Below are positions 26,305-40,359 of a DNA stretch of 64,000 nt, one piece after another; within the stretch, counting starts at the first letter, position 1, and the number at the start of each line of letters is the position of its first letter. The stretch is from Octopus sinensis (Eukaryota): positions 68,696,001 through 68,760,000 of the forward strand of contig NC_043004.1 of NCBI RefSeq assembly GCF_006345805.1, given 5' to 3'. The notes beneath the pieces were generated by a model, which saw nothing but the letters and a program-made list of their open reading frames with translations, made no database searches and was not told the origin of the DNA. The position numbers and the translations under genes were made by a program.

Positions 26305-26342
<38 letters not shown>

Positions 26343-26778
26343 GTACGTACACACGCACACCACACACACACAAACACACACACACACACCACACACACAC
26401 ACTCACATACACATATACAGACACAGGCAAATGCATTTCAAACCAATATAAAGGAACGCTACTGCAGGAAATATCCCCTGGAGGCGATACAGAAGATACG
26501 ATTTGCACAGCAGCATTAGAAAACGATAGAAGCGATATTCCTATATATTCAGGACTAAAGGTTGTTGAGGCAACCTAACTCTTTATGCTTATTCGTTGGC
26601 CTACATCGACTATTGAAATCGTTCTATGGAATATATGGTTCTGGATGCACCAGAAATCGGATATTGCTCAAGATGCAGTTCGATACTTCTGAATCCTGAG
26701 CAAAAATATGACTTTCGGTCGTCTTGACCTTTCCCTTAGGCGAATAATATGTGCGGGCGTGTATATTATATTTTATAT

Positions 26779-26811
<33 letters not shown>

Positions 26812-26820
26812 TATATATAG

Positions 26821-26852
<32 letters not shown>

Positions 26853-26919
26853 ATATATGTATATATGTATGTATATATATGTATATATATATGTATATAT
26901 GTATATATATATATATATA

Positions 26920-26950
<31 letters not shown>

Positions 26951-27002
26951 TCTATATATGTATATATATATGTATATATTTATATATGTATATATATATG
27001 TA

Positions 27003-27033
<31 letters not shown>

Positions 27034-27240
27034 TACATATATATATATGTATACTTGCTTATATGCAAGTCTAGTATATACATACATACGTACATACATA
27101 CATACATACATACATACATGCATACATACATATATACACATATATATGCACACATGTTTGATTGTATGCATGTTTGAATGTATAGATTTATTTTCTACTT
27201 AAATAGATACGTAGATATGCAAACTCTCGTAAACTCTACC

Positions 27241-27274
<34 letters not shown>

Positions 27275-27471
27275 TATATATATACATATTTGTATATACA
27301 CATATAAACGTAGAAATACATATATCATTACGTATGAGTGTGTGTGCATATATATATTATATATACATATATGCAGATATATGAATGTGTAGGTATAAGA
27401 ATACGTACATAACTACATGCTTATATGTGTATGCAAAATTGTATATATGTATATATATATATATATATATA

Positions 27472-27521
<50 letters not shown>

Positions 27522-27837
27522 ATATATATATACATATACATATATATAGGAAAATAAGACGACGTAGTAAATGGAAAAATAGTCTTATGATGAAACACAT
27601 TTTGTAACGGTGAGTACTGGTTTCAGTCTTTTCGATTTCTTCAACTAAGTAAAGCAAAGGTGGACATCAATTAAGAAGGAAAACAACTAAAGTGAAATGA
27701 AATGCTTTGTAAATATTTCTATAGTCTTCAAACAGCTAGGACACATCATTTTTCTGCCTGTGTCTCTCTCTTTTCCTTTGTGAAGGCTCTCGTTAGGTAG
27801 TAGCAGATCTGAAAAATTAGTCTTTGAGGGTGCAGAG

Positions 27838-27908
<71 letters not shown>

Positions 27909-27974
27909 ATATATATAATATATATATATCTGTATGTATGTATAAATGTATATATATAATACACACCACACACG

Positions 27975-28052
<78 letters not shown>

Positions 28053-28057
28053 TATAT
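26122..28057. repeat. Long (TA)n/(CA)n/(TACA)n tracts interrupted by short unclassified inserts (26420-26760, 27548-27840)
   Basis: Directly visible. Confidence 0.85.
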
Positions 28058-28225
28058 AGTGCAGGAGTGCTGTGTGGTAAGTAGCTGTTTACCAATCACA
28101 TAGTCCGGGTTCAGTCCCACTGCGTGGTACCTTGGGCAAGTGTCTTCTACTATAGCCTCGGGCCAACCAAAGCCTTCTGAGTGGATTTGGTAGACGGAAA
28201 CTGAAAGAAGCCCGTCGTATATATG

Positions 28226-28270
<45 letters not shown>

Positions 28271-28284
28271 GATATATATATATA

Positions 28285-28316
<32 letters not shown>

Positions 28317-28544
28317 ATGTTTGTGTGTCAGTGTTTGTCCCCCTAGCATTGCTTGACAACCGATGCTGGTGTGTTTGCGTCCCCGTCACTTAGCGGTTCG
28401 GCAAAAGAGACCGATAGAATAAGTACTGGGCTTACAAAGAATAAGTCCCGGGGTTAAGTTGCTCGATTAAAGGCGGTGCTCCAGCATGGCGGCAGTCAAA
28501 TGACTGAAACAAGTAAAAGAGTAAAAGAGTAAAAGAGTAAGAGT
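28058..28544 (+). mobile_element. tRNA-derived SINE (family 3), full length, (GTAAAAGA)n tail
   Basis: Head gcaggagtgctgtgtggtaagtagc; tail ccagcatggcggcagtcaaatgactgaaacaa(gtaaaaga)n. Confidence 0.9.
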
Positions 28545-28695
28545 ATACATATATATACAGACATATGTAAATATATCTTTATATGTATATACAGAAATAT
28601 ATATATACATTTATATATATTTACATATATACATAGCTATTTAAGTGAATAGTATATATACATATATATGCATATATATTATATATATATATAGT

Positions 28696-28790
<95 letters not shown>

Positions 28791-28791
<1 letters not shown>

Positions 28792-29688
28792 GAGGAGGTA
28801 ACCAAAAGTAACTGGAAACATGCTTGATCGGACAAGCGTCTTTTAGTTCAGGCTTTCGTCGTTAAAAGCCACTTGATGCGACCCTCAGGCATCAGTATGC
28901 CGGCCGGAATCTTTGAGTGAAATCGTACTGCCATGTCTTTGTTTTGCAGTGCTTCCCCCTTGTTCTCCGATTTGTTCGATGGTTGAAACGAAAGAACAGT
29001 TGCTCCCGCGAAATTCGGTCTTCTGGGGGAAAACGGTGGTCGAAAAAAATTTTGTGATACTTCAGACAGCTTACAAGGACTGTGTGCCATGAGTAAAACA
29101 GATGTTTATGAGTGGTTTTCCTACTTTAAGAACGGTCACTTTTCACTTGAAGATAAATCCCGTTCAGGACATCCGTCGATCTCCCGAGCAAATGAAAACG
29201 TATAAAAATTCATGAGTATGATGGTGAGGACCATCAAATAATAAACGAACTTTTTGGTATGACTGGTGTATCCTGAAGTTTCTGCCAATGAATTTTGTGC
29301 AAAGAATTGCGAATGAAAGAGTAGCAGCAAAATTTTTACCTCGGTTGCTCACGGTAGATGAAAAGCAATCATGTCTGAATGTGTGTCGTGAACTGAAAGA
29401 ACTGTTGGAAACTGATCTTGACCACTTTTGGTAGGTCATCAGTGGTGACGGAAACTAGTGCTACGGAATTTGCAGATGTGAAAGAGTGAAGAAAATACGA
29501 TAGAGGCGTTAAAAGGCATCACATCGCAAGATTTTCAGTACTACATCGAAAAGTGGAACACGTACCTGCTGGACTGATGCATTGCTTCAAATGAAGAATA
29601 CTTTGAAGGCCATAAAAGTGTAATTATGTAAATGTAAGTGAATATAATAACATTTCAAAGTTCTGGTTTCTATTGTGTGCGCCCCTCG
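28791..29688 (+). mobile_element. Internally deleted mariner element with both TIRs
   Basis: TA-cgagg...cctcg-TA ends. Translation includes VYEWFSYFKNGHFSLEDKSRSGHP and RVAAKFLPRLLT..VISGDG; the catalytic centre is deleted. Confidence 0.85.
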
Positions 29689-29830
29689 TATTTACATTCA
29701 AACATGTATACATTTACATACATACGCACACATACATATTAGGTGTTACTGTAGCAAACATATATTGATAAATTTGAACGAACAAAGACAATGAACATCG
29801 TGTTGGTGTGATAAATTAGAGGAAAATACA

Positions 29831-30230
29831 CGAATGGCTGTGTGGTAAGTAGCTTGCTAACCAACCACATGGTTGCGTGTTCAGTCCCACTGCGTGGCAT
29901 CTTGGGCAAGTGTCTTCTGCTATAGCCCCGGGCCGACCAATGCCTTGTGAGTGGATTTGGTAGACGGAAACTGAAAGAAGCCTGTCGTATATATGTATAT
30001 ATATGTATGTGTGTGTTTGTGTTTGTGTGTCTGTGTTTGTCCCCCTAGCATTGCTTGACAACCGATGCTGATGTGTTTACGTCCCCGTCACTTAGCGGTT
30101 CGGCAAAAGAGACTGATAGAATAAGTACTGGGCTTACAAAGAATAAGTCCCGGGGTCGATTTGCTCGACTAAAGGCCGTGCACCAGCATGGCCGCAGTCA
30201 AATGACTGAAACAAGTAAAAGAGTAAAGAG
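29831..30230 (+). mobile_element. tRNA-derived SINE (family 3)
   Basis: Collinear with 28058-28544. Confidence 0.9.
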
Positions 30231-30334
30231 AATGCAGTGCTAGGATTTGCGTTGAGGGTATGAAGTTCTTTTTGTTTCATAACAGGGGTTTTCGAACAAT
30301 GTAAAACTTGGGCTGTCTGAACAGGAGGAAGAAC

Positions 30335-30850
30335 GACGTTAACGATGATGGTGATGGTAAGGGTGAAGATGGTAATAGTTCTGGTGATGATGATGATGAT
30401 GATGATGATGGTGACGATAATGGTAGTGGTGGTAATGAAGAGGGATAATGATGATGATAATGATAATGATGGATGATGATGATGATGATGATGATGGGGT
30501 GGGGGTGGTATAATGATGAATGTATAAAATTACGATGACCGTGGTGATAAAATGATGATGACGATGATGATGATGATGACGACGACGACGACGATGATGA
30601 TGATGATGATGATGATGATGGTGGTGATAGTGGTGGTGGTATAGGTGATGGTGGTATGATGATGAATATGTATATCATTACGATGACTGTGATAATGACG
30701 ACAGTGGTGATAATGATAGTGATGATAATGGTGATGATGAAGATGATGATGAATATGATGATGATGATGGCGATGACGATGATTATGTTGTTTATGATGA
30801 TGATGAGTATGATGGTGATGACGATGATGGTGGTGCTGATAATGATGATG
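30335..30850. repeat. Degenerate (GAT)n/(GGT)n trinucleotide tract
   Basis: Directly visible. Confidence 0.9.
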
Positions 30851-31039
30851 CAAGAATTCAATCAACAACTGAAAAATAGATTTTAAAAAACGATAAACTA
30901 GAGAAGAAGAATATCCAATAAAAAAAATTGCTTCTCGGTTGAATATTTCTCTTTTGCTATAAAAGGATGATTCAATGAAACAGAGTCTAATCACGATAGA
31001 AAACGATCATGAAGACGAAATTCCACTTCAAAATGTCAA

Positions 31040-31450
31040 GACCAATGCATCAAACTCACAAGTCTTAGAAACAACACTTAATAGAAACTTACAGCAAACC
31101 TTGATTAAACAACTGGGTCATCTGTATCAGTTGCAAACAGTGGAACGAAGGTTTTCTGATGCAGGATTAAAACGTCGATGTGCTGCTAGAAGGCTCTTAG
31201 TAACAAAATAAAGAGATTAGCCTGGGCAGAAAAAAATGCAGAAAGTACATCGTAGAAAATTGGTAAAGAGTTCTTTGTACAGATGAACAAAAATTTGCAA
31301 TAGCTGTCTCATGAAGAACTCATTTGTAGGGAGAAGATCGGGAGAAAGAATGGCTCCATTATAGTATAGTAACAACAGTTAAGCATGGAAACGGTTCGGT
31401 ATTGGAGTGAGAGTATTTTGCTGGTGAAAAAGTGGGGGATTGTTATGAGG
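31040..31450 (+). mobile_element. Tc1 transposase fragment, decayed
   Basis: Translation TVERRFSDAGLKRRCAARR..KRLAWA..W*RVLCTDEQKF..TVKHGNGSV. Confidence 0.75.
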
Positions 31451-31464
31451 TTGTCGGTATAATC

Positions 31465-31865
31465 TTTTCTACTCTAGGCACAAGGCCCGAAATTTTAGGG
31501 GAGGCTGCCAGTTGATTGGATCGACTCCACTATGCAACTAGTACTTAATTTATCGACTCCGAAAACTTGAAAGGCAAAGTCGAGCTCGGCGGAATTTGAA
31601 CTCAGAACGTAAAGCGTTAACATTTCGCCTGGCATGCTAACGTTTCTTATTTCTTTATTGCCCACAAGGGGCTAAACATAGAGGGGACAAACAAGGATAT
31701 ACAAAGGGATTAAGTCGATTACATCGACCCCAGTGCATAACTGTTACTTAATTTATCGACCACGAAACGATGAAAAGCAAAGTCGACCACGGCGTAATTT
31801 GAACTCAGAACGTAAAGAAACACGAAATGCCGCTAAGCATTTTGTCTGACAGTTCACCGCTTTAG
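31465..31865 (-). mobile_element. Tandem SINE family 1 copies
   Basis: Two head-to-tail copies; junction at 31636-31660. Confidence 0.85.
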
Positions 31866-32272
31866 TGATATTAGATAACGGTGTTGGTTAACTCATTCCA
31901 TACTTCTTGTAATAGTTGCCACATATTAGATTGAAATGCTTGGCAGATTTGAATGAACTGTTCTGTCCAATTCATCCCGTAATATCTCAATAGGATTGGA
32001 GCAGAAGGACTTAATTAGCCAATTTGTAATTTAAAGAAATAGTACATGCAGAGCTTAGAACTATTTTTGGTGGCAGGATGGTTATTATGGCGGGCAAAAT
32101 GCTTAGCGGCATTTGGTCCGTCTTAACGTTCTGTGTTCAAATTCCGCCGTGGTCGACTTTGCTTTTTATTCTATCTGGTTCGATAAAATAAGTACCAGTG
32201 CATATACTGGTGTGTGTATGTATGATTATGCATATATTTATATGCATGCATACAAACATATATGTATATATA

Positions 32273-32323
<51 letters not shown>

Positions 32324-32371
32324 ATGTCTGCTGTGTGTATATAGTTATAGTGTGTGTGTGTGTGATCAATT

Positions 32372-33595
32372 TATATGATAAAGTCGACCACGGTATGATT
32401 TGTCACAAACTGCGTGGTCTCGGCATAGGCGGAAAAGTTGGAGAGTGGCTGCACAACTTCCTAAAAGTTAGAAGGCAGGCAGTTGTGACCAATGGAGCCA
32501 CCTCCAAGGAAACACAAATAACAAGCGGTGTTCCACAGGGCACTGTCTTGGGACCACTGCTGTTCATAATGGCCCTTTCAGACATGCCCTCAGTTGCTAC
32601 GATGGCCACCCTTGCTAGCTATGCAGATGACACAAAAGTCTCCCACACAATACAAAACCCTGGAAATATTGCACATCTGCAACAGGAATTGGATACAATA
32701 TACAGGTGGGCTGAGGACAACAACATGCAGTTTAACGCAGGTAAGTTCCTACGCTACCGGCACACGACATGCAGACCGGATACACTGGCCCGGTAAGAAT
32801 TGCAATTTCTGAGTCAAAATCAGTGCGTGACCTGGGCATTGACATGAGCAATGATGCATCTTTCCAAGAGCATATTACTAATCTGGTGATTAAATGCAGA
32901 TGGCTAGCTGGATGGATTCTCCGAACTTTCAGAACAAGAGAGAAGGAGACACTGATGGTCCTGTGGAAAACTTTCGTCCTCAGTCGCTTAGACTACTGCT
33001 CCCAACTGTGGTCACCACACAATATAAAACTAACAGCAGAAATCGAAGCAATTCAAAGAATCTACATAAAGAAGATCGTCTCAATGCAACATATCAGCTA
33101 CTGGGAAAGACTGAAAGTATAAAAACTCTTCTCCCTAGAGCGAAGGCGGGAGAGATATGCGGTGATATACATCTGGAAAATCCTGGAAGGTCTTATCCCA
33201 AACTTTGGCATTCAAAGTTACCCCAGCCGCAGAACGGGGCGCCACTGCATGGTGCCACAGATTCCAACATCACCATCAAAATACAGGACCAGATACTGCA
33301 ACAGCTTGGGTTTCAGAGGACCACACCTGTTTAACATCCGCCCTAAATGCCTGAGAGACTTACATGGTGTGGATGTGGGTTTCTTTAAAACTAAACTGGA
33401 TCTCTTCTTGTCGGGAGTCCCAGATGAACCTACCTCACGACAGGAGACGCTGATGCGGGCAGCACCATCGAACTTCCTTGTTGACCAAGTGCCACGTATC
33501 AGAGGTGGATTATCATATTAGTGTAACTCATTCAACGGTGGTGCCCCAGCATGGCCGTGGCCTTCGGGCTAAAACATTTTTAAGGATTTAAGGAT
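32372..33595 (+). mobile_element. CR1-like LINE, 5'-truncated (RT domain to 3' end)
   Basis: DKVDH, SGVPQGTVLGPLLF, YADDTK, RLDYCSQLWSP in frameshifted ORFs; 3' stem-loop and (TTTAAGGA) tail. Confidence 0.92.
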
Positions 33596-36500
33596 ATATA
33601 TATGTCAATGTGTATCAATACACACATATATGTACACATACACACTCACACACACACGTATACGCATATGTGCGTGTGCATAACACAATGTACTCATGTA
33701 CCTTTACCTGTGTGTTTTCCTCTCTCTGTTTTTTCTATCACCCTCCTCTGTTTCACTGTAAAATCATGATTACCTTTCACTTAAAAGTGTGCATATAATT
33801 TTGTGTATATATATATATATATGAATGTATGCAAGTGTGTGTTTAAGTGAACTTTATCACGTTTTACGTTTATCTGTATATGGTTTGTGTGACCAATAGG
33901 AAGAAAGACAACGAAGACATAACGAAGGACATCCATGCATTGTGGCTTCGTATCTGTCAATTCATTCAATCCAGTCAACGTGATTTATCGTTCTCCCTAT
34001 GACGATAATTTCTCCCTAGTCCACCCCACACAATGTCTTCCGCCAGCAACAGAAAATGAAAACAAGAAAATGAAGAACAAAATGAAATCACTACATGACA
34101 AGGAACAGCATACCGATTTAATCGCTACAAGATGAGGAAGGGGATGAAGTAAGCTAATCTCCTTAGAGGTGTGAGACGGCTGGTGTAATCAGAAACAATG
34201 TTGAAACCTTTCCGTAACGACATATATTTTCTCTTAGTAAATTTGAACACTGTAAGCGAACTCTGCATACATCACAGTATGTCTTACTGATCGATGGAAC
34301 TGTCTTTTGAGAACGGATTGCTATTGATTTCGGTTTAGTTCCACAGAGAATTTAAGATTCTGCATCAGATTGTTTCTTTATATATTAAAATCAATTTGGA
34401 AAATCATCTGAGTCTACTGTTAAACTAAAACAAAATTTAATAATAGAGATTTTACCCTTGAGACAATAAATGTAATAACTTCAACTCCGTCGTGATTTAT
34501 GGAATACACCGTTCTTTTGCCTTTTAAAAATTGATTTCTTCGAATTCCTAACCTCATTAACTTCGCCAAACAAAAAGAATAGAAAATAAACGTAGCAAAA
34601 AAAAAAACTTATATGAATACACAAAATATGAAAGAAAAATAGTAATCACTAAGTATTTAACGAAACAACAATAAATGAAGCAAAAAACTAATAAAATCAA
34701 AATAAAGAGGCAATACATCATTTCGTTCGGTTTTCTCTCCGAGCGCTTTCAGGTGAAATAATTTATGATGAGGATTTCTAAATGAACATGTAGATGCTTC
34801 TTATTATTTCTATATACAGCAGTCAATGGTTCGGAAAATAACAAACAATTAAAATAGATGAGTGATGATACAAACAAATAAGAGTGTGGGTGGAACTTTT
34901 CATTGCTGAGAATATAGAAAATTGTGATATTCATGCATTTCCTAATGGCTTCAGTGACATTCTATTCAACTGTTGTCGATTCACACCAAGATGAAGACTT
35001 AAATGGCCTTTGCCAGTTTATGTTGGTGCTAGCCACTCTATTCACGGGCTTCGGTTGAATGTACAACCAAGGGTGTCTATATTAAGTTGATTAAGCCGTA
35101 TTATAGGCATCTATTATTGGCACCCCACCCCCGCTCTTGATACTTTATCAGGAACAAAGGACTAAATGACTTCGCTGGAATTTAAACGCAATTCGCATTC
35201 AGCCATAAGGACAATCTATGTGTCCATAATGACTGCTATTTCGCCGAGTAATTTGAAGGCATGGAACACGAGTAAATTGGCTACAATTGACATTCCAATT
35301 TTTTCGTAAATTCATCTTGCCTTTAGCTGCTGCCATTCTCTATAATAATAGCTATTTCCATTTTACAAGATGAGCGCCATCCCAGGGGGTAGGGCTTATG
35401 TGGTCGCTCGATGTTCTAGAAATAGCAGCCAAATCTGTCCAAATCACACCTTACTATCTTAAATCGAATAAACTGTATAACGCAGTCCTGTATACTAAAA
35501 ATAAAACGCCAAAAAGCAGAGTGGTCGTGGCTGGAATTATCAAACCACAATACTCCCCAAAATATCGATGCATACTTTCTGCTGTAGAGAAAAGTAACGA
35601 ACTAGTAGAGTTGCTATGAAGGTCATATCATGCCGGTGTCTGTTTTAACTCTCTATGATCTGAAACGTATATAAACCGCAGAGAGGACCGAGATATACAT
35701 AGACCTCAAGATGTATCAATGTGAAACAGTGAAGAGAGAAAGCTGGTCCTTCGAAGTACAGTCGGTCAGAAACTTTACCAAATCTTTGTAAAGGCATAAA
35801 GAATTTAATATTCTCCTATAAAACATATTTATGTGTTCTTTTTACGCTTTTAAATTTTTGGATTATTAAGTGCATATTTAATAACAGAACATCTGTATAT
35901 TTTAAAATATTTACATCTATGGTATATTTCGATCAATTCGATTTCTAATCGTCATCAGGTGTCGATTTCTGGATATATACAGCCTACCAGACTGAATTCG
36001 AACCATGGGCGTTCTAATTCTCTATGTCACGGTTATTCCATTACTACATATGTTCAGGAGGAAAATTACTAATTCTCATTCTTTCATTATAGTTTTCCCT
36101 TCCTGCGATTAGTGTATCTGCTCTGATATTTTCTTTTCCCAGACATCTCTCTTATGGATCTCTGTTCTTGTTTTTCAGTTAAATATGATTTTAATTCTTT
36201 TAAATCTCGCATTGACCATTTTATGATTTTTAGGACACCATGCCATTTGTTTTGTTCACGTACCTTTTCTTCTGTAACTTGCAACCTACTAAGCGGTTGA
36301 TTCAGTCTTGTTTATAGTTGGACCACAAATTTACTTGTCAGTTGTTTTATCTTAACCAGTTGAACATGTCCCTTGGTGGCTGACGATATGTGCATCTCTG
36401 ACCGCGAGCAGAAGTAGTGGAGGGGCATCATAGCCATGTGTTGAGAGGAATTTCTTTGGGGTCTGAATAATAAACCTCTGGAAACATGGGTGCTTCGTTC

Positions 36501-36914
36501 AACATCCTTAAACAACCCTTATTCAGGGAACTTTTGAACAAAATGGGCAGCTCGACCTTAAGAAAATTCTAATTGGGTCTTATACGCTATTTATCTTGAT
36601 ATGAGATCACCATGTTGCACATCATATGGCTGTGATGCAGGTGTCTGGTGTACTCTTATCAGACGGGTAGTCATGTTTGCTGTATCGGGTTTCGAATATT
36701 TATACCGCAGTCGCTACGTTCAAATTCCGCCGGGGTCGACTTTGGTTTTCATCCTTCCCGATTCGATGCGTACTGGGGTCGATGTAATAGACTGGAGCCC
36801 TCCCACTAAACTTTAGGCCTTCTTTCTATAGAAGAAAGGATTAGTATATACATAAAACTTTATATTAGTATACAGCTTGATGCATATAATAATGCTAATA
36901 TACTGCTATAGAAT

Positions 36915-37262
36915 CTACTGAGCTGATATCCCCTTCGGTCATGACTGACCATGGGGTTGCACCTAGAAAGTTACCCTCACAGGCACAAGTCTGGGCAAGG
37001 GTGTTTTTTATGGAAGACCGGCAGTCGCTCATGTATACCAGCCTCCCCTCTCCACGCCACCAGTGTTGTCCAAGGGAAAGGCAAAGGCCGATACAACTTG
37101 GCATCCGTGACATAGCAGCTCATTTCTACAGCTGAGTAAACTGCAGCAACGTGAAATAAAGTGTCTTGCCGAAAAACACAATACGCAGCCCGGTTTTGGA
37201 ATCGAACTTACAACCTCATGATCGTAAGCTCGACGCTCTAACCACTGAGCCATGCGCCTTCA
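36915..37262 (-). mobile_element. tRNA-derived SINE (family 4, distinct 3' tail)
   Basis: Minus head aaggcgcatggctcagtggttagagc...gttcgattcc. Confidence 0.8.
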
Positions 37263-37959
37263 CACACACACATACACACACACGCATATATTTATAATCA
37301 TATAATATGCTCATAATCTATACCATGCTATATAATCATATATTATAGAATACTACTATACTATGTATTATACTGCTATACTATATAATATACTGTACTC
37401 TACATAATATACTACTATATAATTATATAATTATTAGTAGAGAGGATTATATACCTTGAGTCTCCGTCGCTCTGAGCAATGGGCGTATCAGAGAACACCC
37501 TTTTGATAACAACTCGTCTGAGACAACCCTTGGCTTTATAATACAAACTTCTTGTCTTGAAGTCATCTAAATTAAAACTTTCATAAAATATTTCGTTTTA
37601 AGTCATGCTCCAAACTCCTGTTTAATAACAGCAAATCTACTTTACTAGAGTAGCTTTGTCGTTGTTTTCAAAATTCATTGAAACACAGGTTGTGTATTTT
37701 GAATCGATGTATGCTATCAAAAGGGTTAAATTGTAACCATTCCGAGTATTTCAGAGAAACCCAGTTCTAGAGCTGAATTAACTTGGTACATGTCCAGCCT
37801 AGATCTTTGAGTTGACTAAAGGTCTGGAATTTATTTATCCACCCTGAACACATGGAAACTGAATTTGACTACTGCAAGATTTGAACTCAAGCACCAAAGA
37901 ACTATAACAAAAATATCACAAGACATTTTAACCGATCTTCTATTAACACTGATTAATCA

Positions 37960-38220
37960 ATCTTCTGGCACTTCGTTGGTTACGAAGACAAGGGTTCCAG
38001 TTGATCTGATCAACGGAACAGCCTGCTCTACAGACACGTGTACCCATAACGTAGTTCTCGGAAGATTCAGCGTGACAAGTCCGGCCCTCTGAAATACAGG
38101 TACAACTCGTTTTTGTCAGCTGAGTGGACTGGAGCAGCGTAAAATAAAATGTCCTGCTCAAGAACACAATGCGTCACCGGGAATTGAACTCACGACCTTA
38201 CGATCCTGAGCTCTTCACAC
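37960..38220 (-). mobile_element. SINE (family 2/4 mosaic)
   Basis: Shares gatcaacggaacagcctgctc and gaaatacaggtac with 12009-12380, and its head with 36915-37262. Confidence 0.7.
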
Positions 38221-38655
38221 GCGCACATACATGTATATGTGTGTAGGTTTGAGTGTGTGATTGTGTTTGCCTTGCACAGCTTGGGAACTGGTATTGGTTT
38301 GTTGAAGTCTCTTTAACTTAGTGGTTCGACAAGAGACACCTCTAGAGTATATACTATAACTCAAATAGGGGGCGATTTGTTCGAGTAATCCTACAAGGCA
38401 GTGCTCCAGCATGGCCTCAGTCCAACAATTGAGCCAAATAAAGAGTAAAAGAGTATTCCGCTTAAGGAAAATTTTCAGATATTTGGCGCAGGAGTGGCTG
38501 TGTTGTAAGTAGCTTGCTTACCAACCACATGGTTCCGAGTTCTGTCCCACTGCGTGTCACCTTGGGCAAGCTTCTTCTACTAGAGCCTCGAGCCCACCAA
38601 AGCCTTGTGAGTGGATTTGGTAGACGGAAACTGAAAGAAGCCCGTCGTATATATG

Positions 38656-38697
<42 letters not shown>

Positions 38698-38913
38698 TCA
38701 ATTTAGGTGGTAGCAAAAAATTCAGTAAAAATTTATCGCTACCAGCGGCCTAGTGGAAAAGAGAAAATAGTCAAAGACTAAATTATATAAATATAACAAT
38801 TTAGGAATGGCCTAAACAGGCCATTCGTCCACCAGAAGAGCACCAGAACTCTAACCGCCAAGTAGTGCAATTCGGAAATAAGGTGAAAATTTAAAAACGT
38901 TTACCCTAATTCA

Positions 38914-39014
38914 TCTTTTATACGATGCATCGTTTCAGTGTCTTTAATGATAGACCAGCTTAATTAAATTAAATTAAGCTAGTCTACCATAGGTCACACT
39001 TCATCAGTAAAAGA
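38914..39014 (-). ncRNA. Type I hammerhead ribozyme, family B copy 1
   Basis: TCTTTTA-CTGATGA-AGTGT..ACACT-GAAA-CGATGCATCG-TA|TAAAAGA on the minus strand; predicted cut between 38921 and 38920. Confidence 0.9.
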
Positions 39015-39665
39015 AACCTGGGAGAGACGGATATACACGAGGCGACTGTATCAATGCCTCGGGAATATCTGTCTTAAAATTTTCAAGACCAACGCATTCG
39101 CGCCAAACTTATCGGCAGCAAATATAAACTGCCGATTCAATCTCAGAATTAGTCAGAAAATTATCAATTAATCAATTTAGGGTAGCAAAAAATTCAGTAA
39201 AAATTTATCGCTACCAGCGGCCTAGTGGAAAAGAGAAAATAGTCAAAGACTAAATATATATAAATATAACAATTTAGGAATGGCCTAAACAGGCCATTCG
39301 TCCACCAGAAAGAGCAGCCAGAACTCTAACCGCCAAGTAGTGCAATTCGGAAATAAGAGTTCTGGCTGCTCTTTCTGGTGGACAAATGGCCTGTTTAGGC
39401 CATTCCTAAATTGTTATATTTATATATATTTAGTCTTTGACTATTTTCTCTTTTCCACTAGGCCGCTGGTAGCGATAAATTTTTACTGAATTTTTTGCTA
39501 CCCTAAATTGATTAATTGATAATTTTCTGACTAATCTGAGATTGAATCGGCAGTTTTATTTGCTGCCGATAAGTTTGGCGCGAATGCGTTGGTCTTGAAA
39601 ATTTTAAGACAGATATTCCCGAGGCATTGATACAGTCGCCTCGTGTATATCCGTCTCTCCAGGTT

Positions 39666-39767
39666 TCTTTTACTGATGAAGTGTGGACCTATGGTAGACT
39701 AGCTTAATTTAATTTAATTAAGCTGGTCTATCATTAAAGACACTGAAACGATGCATCGTATAAAAGA
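39666..39767 (+). ncRNA. Type I hammerhead ribozyme, family B copy 2
   Basis: CTGATGA 39673-39679, GAAA 39745-39748, GUA triplet, predicted cut after 39760. Confidence 0.9.
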
Positions 39768-40138
39768 TGAATTAGGGTAAACGTTTTTCATTTTCACCTT
39801 ATTTCCGAATTGCACTACTTGGCGGTTAGAGTTCTGGCTGCTCTTTCTGGTGGACGAATGGCCTGTTAGGCCATTCCTAAATTGTTATATTTATATATAT
39901 TTAGTCTTTGACTATTTTCTCTTTTCACTAGGCCGCTGGTAACGATAAATTTTTACTGAATTTTTTGCTACCCTAAATTGATTAATTGATAATTTTCTGA
40001 CTAATTCTGAGATTGAATCGGCAGTTTATATTTGCTGCCGATAAGTTTGGCGCGAATGCGTTGGTCTTGAAAATTTTAAGACAGATATTCCCGAGGCATT
40101 GATACAGTCGCCTCGTGTATATCCGTCTCTCCCAGGTT

Positions 40139-40239
40139 TCTTTTACTGATGAAGTGTGACCTATGGTAGACTAGCTTAATTTAATTTAATTAAGCTGGTC
40201 TATCATTAAAGACACTGAAACGATGCATCGTATAAAAGA
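40139..40239 (+). ncRNA. Type I hammerhead ribozyme, family B copy 3
   Basis: CTGATGA 40146-40152, GAAA 40217-40220, predicted cut after 40232. Confidence 0.9.
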
Positions 40240-40359
40240 TGAATTAGGGTAAACGTTTTTAAATTTTCACCTTATTTCCGAATTGCACTACTTGGCGGTT
40301 AGAGTTCTGGCTGCTCTTTCTGGTGGACGAATGGCCTGTTTAGGCTATTCCTAAATTGT

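Noticed and set aside
35911-35966. Minus-strand GACAC-CTGATGA-CGAT..ATC-GAAA-TATA
   Set aside because: No helix I partner after the putative triplet; at best a heavily decayed motif that I cannot support.
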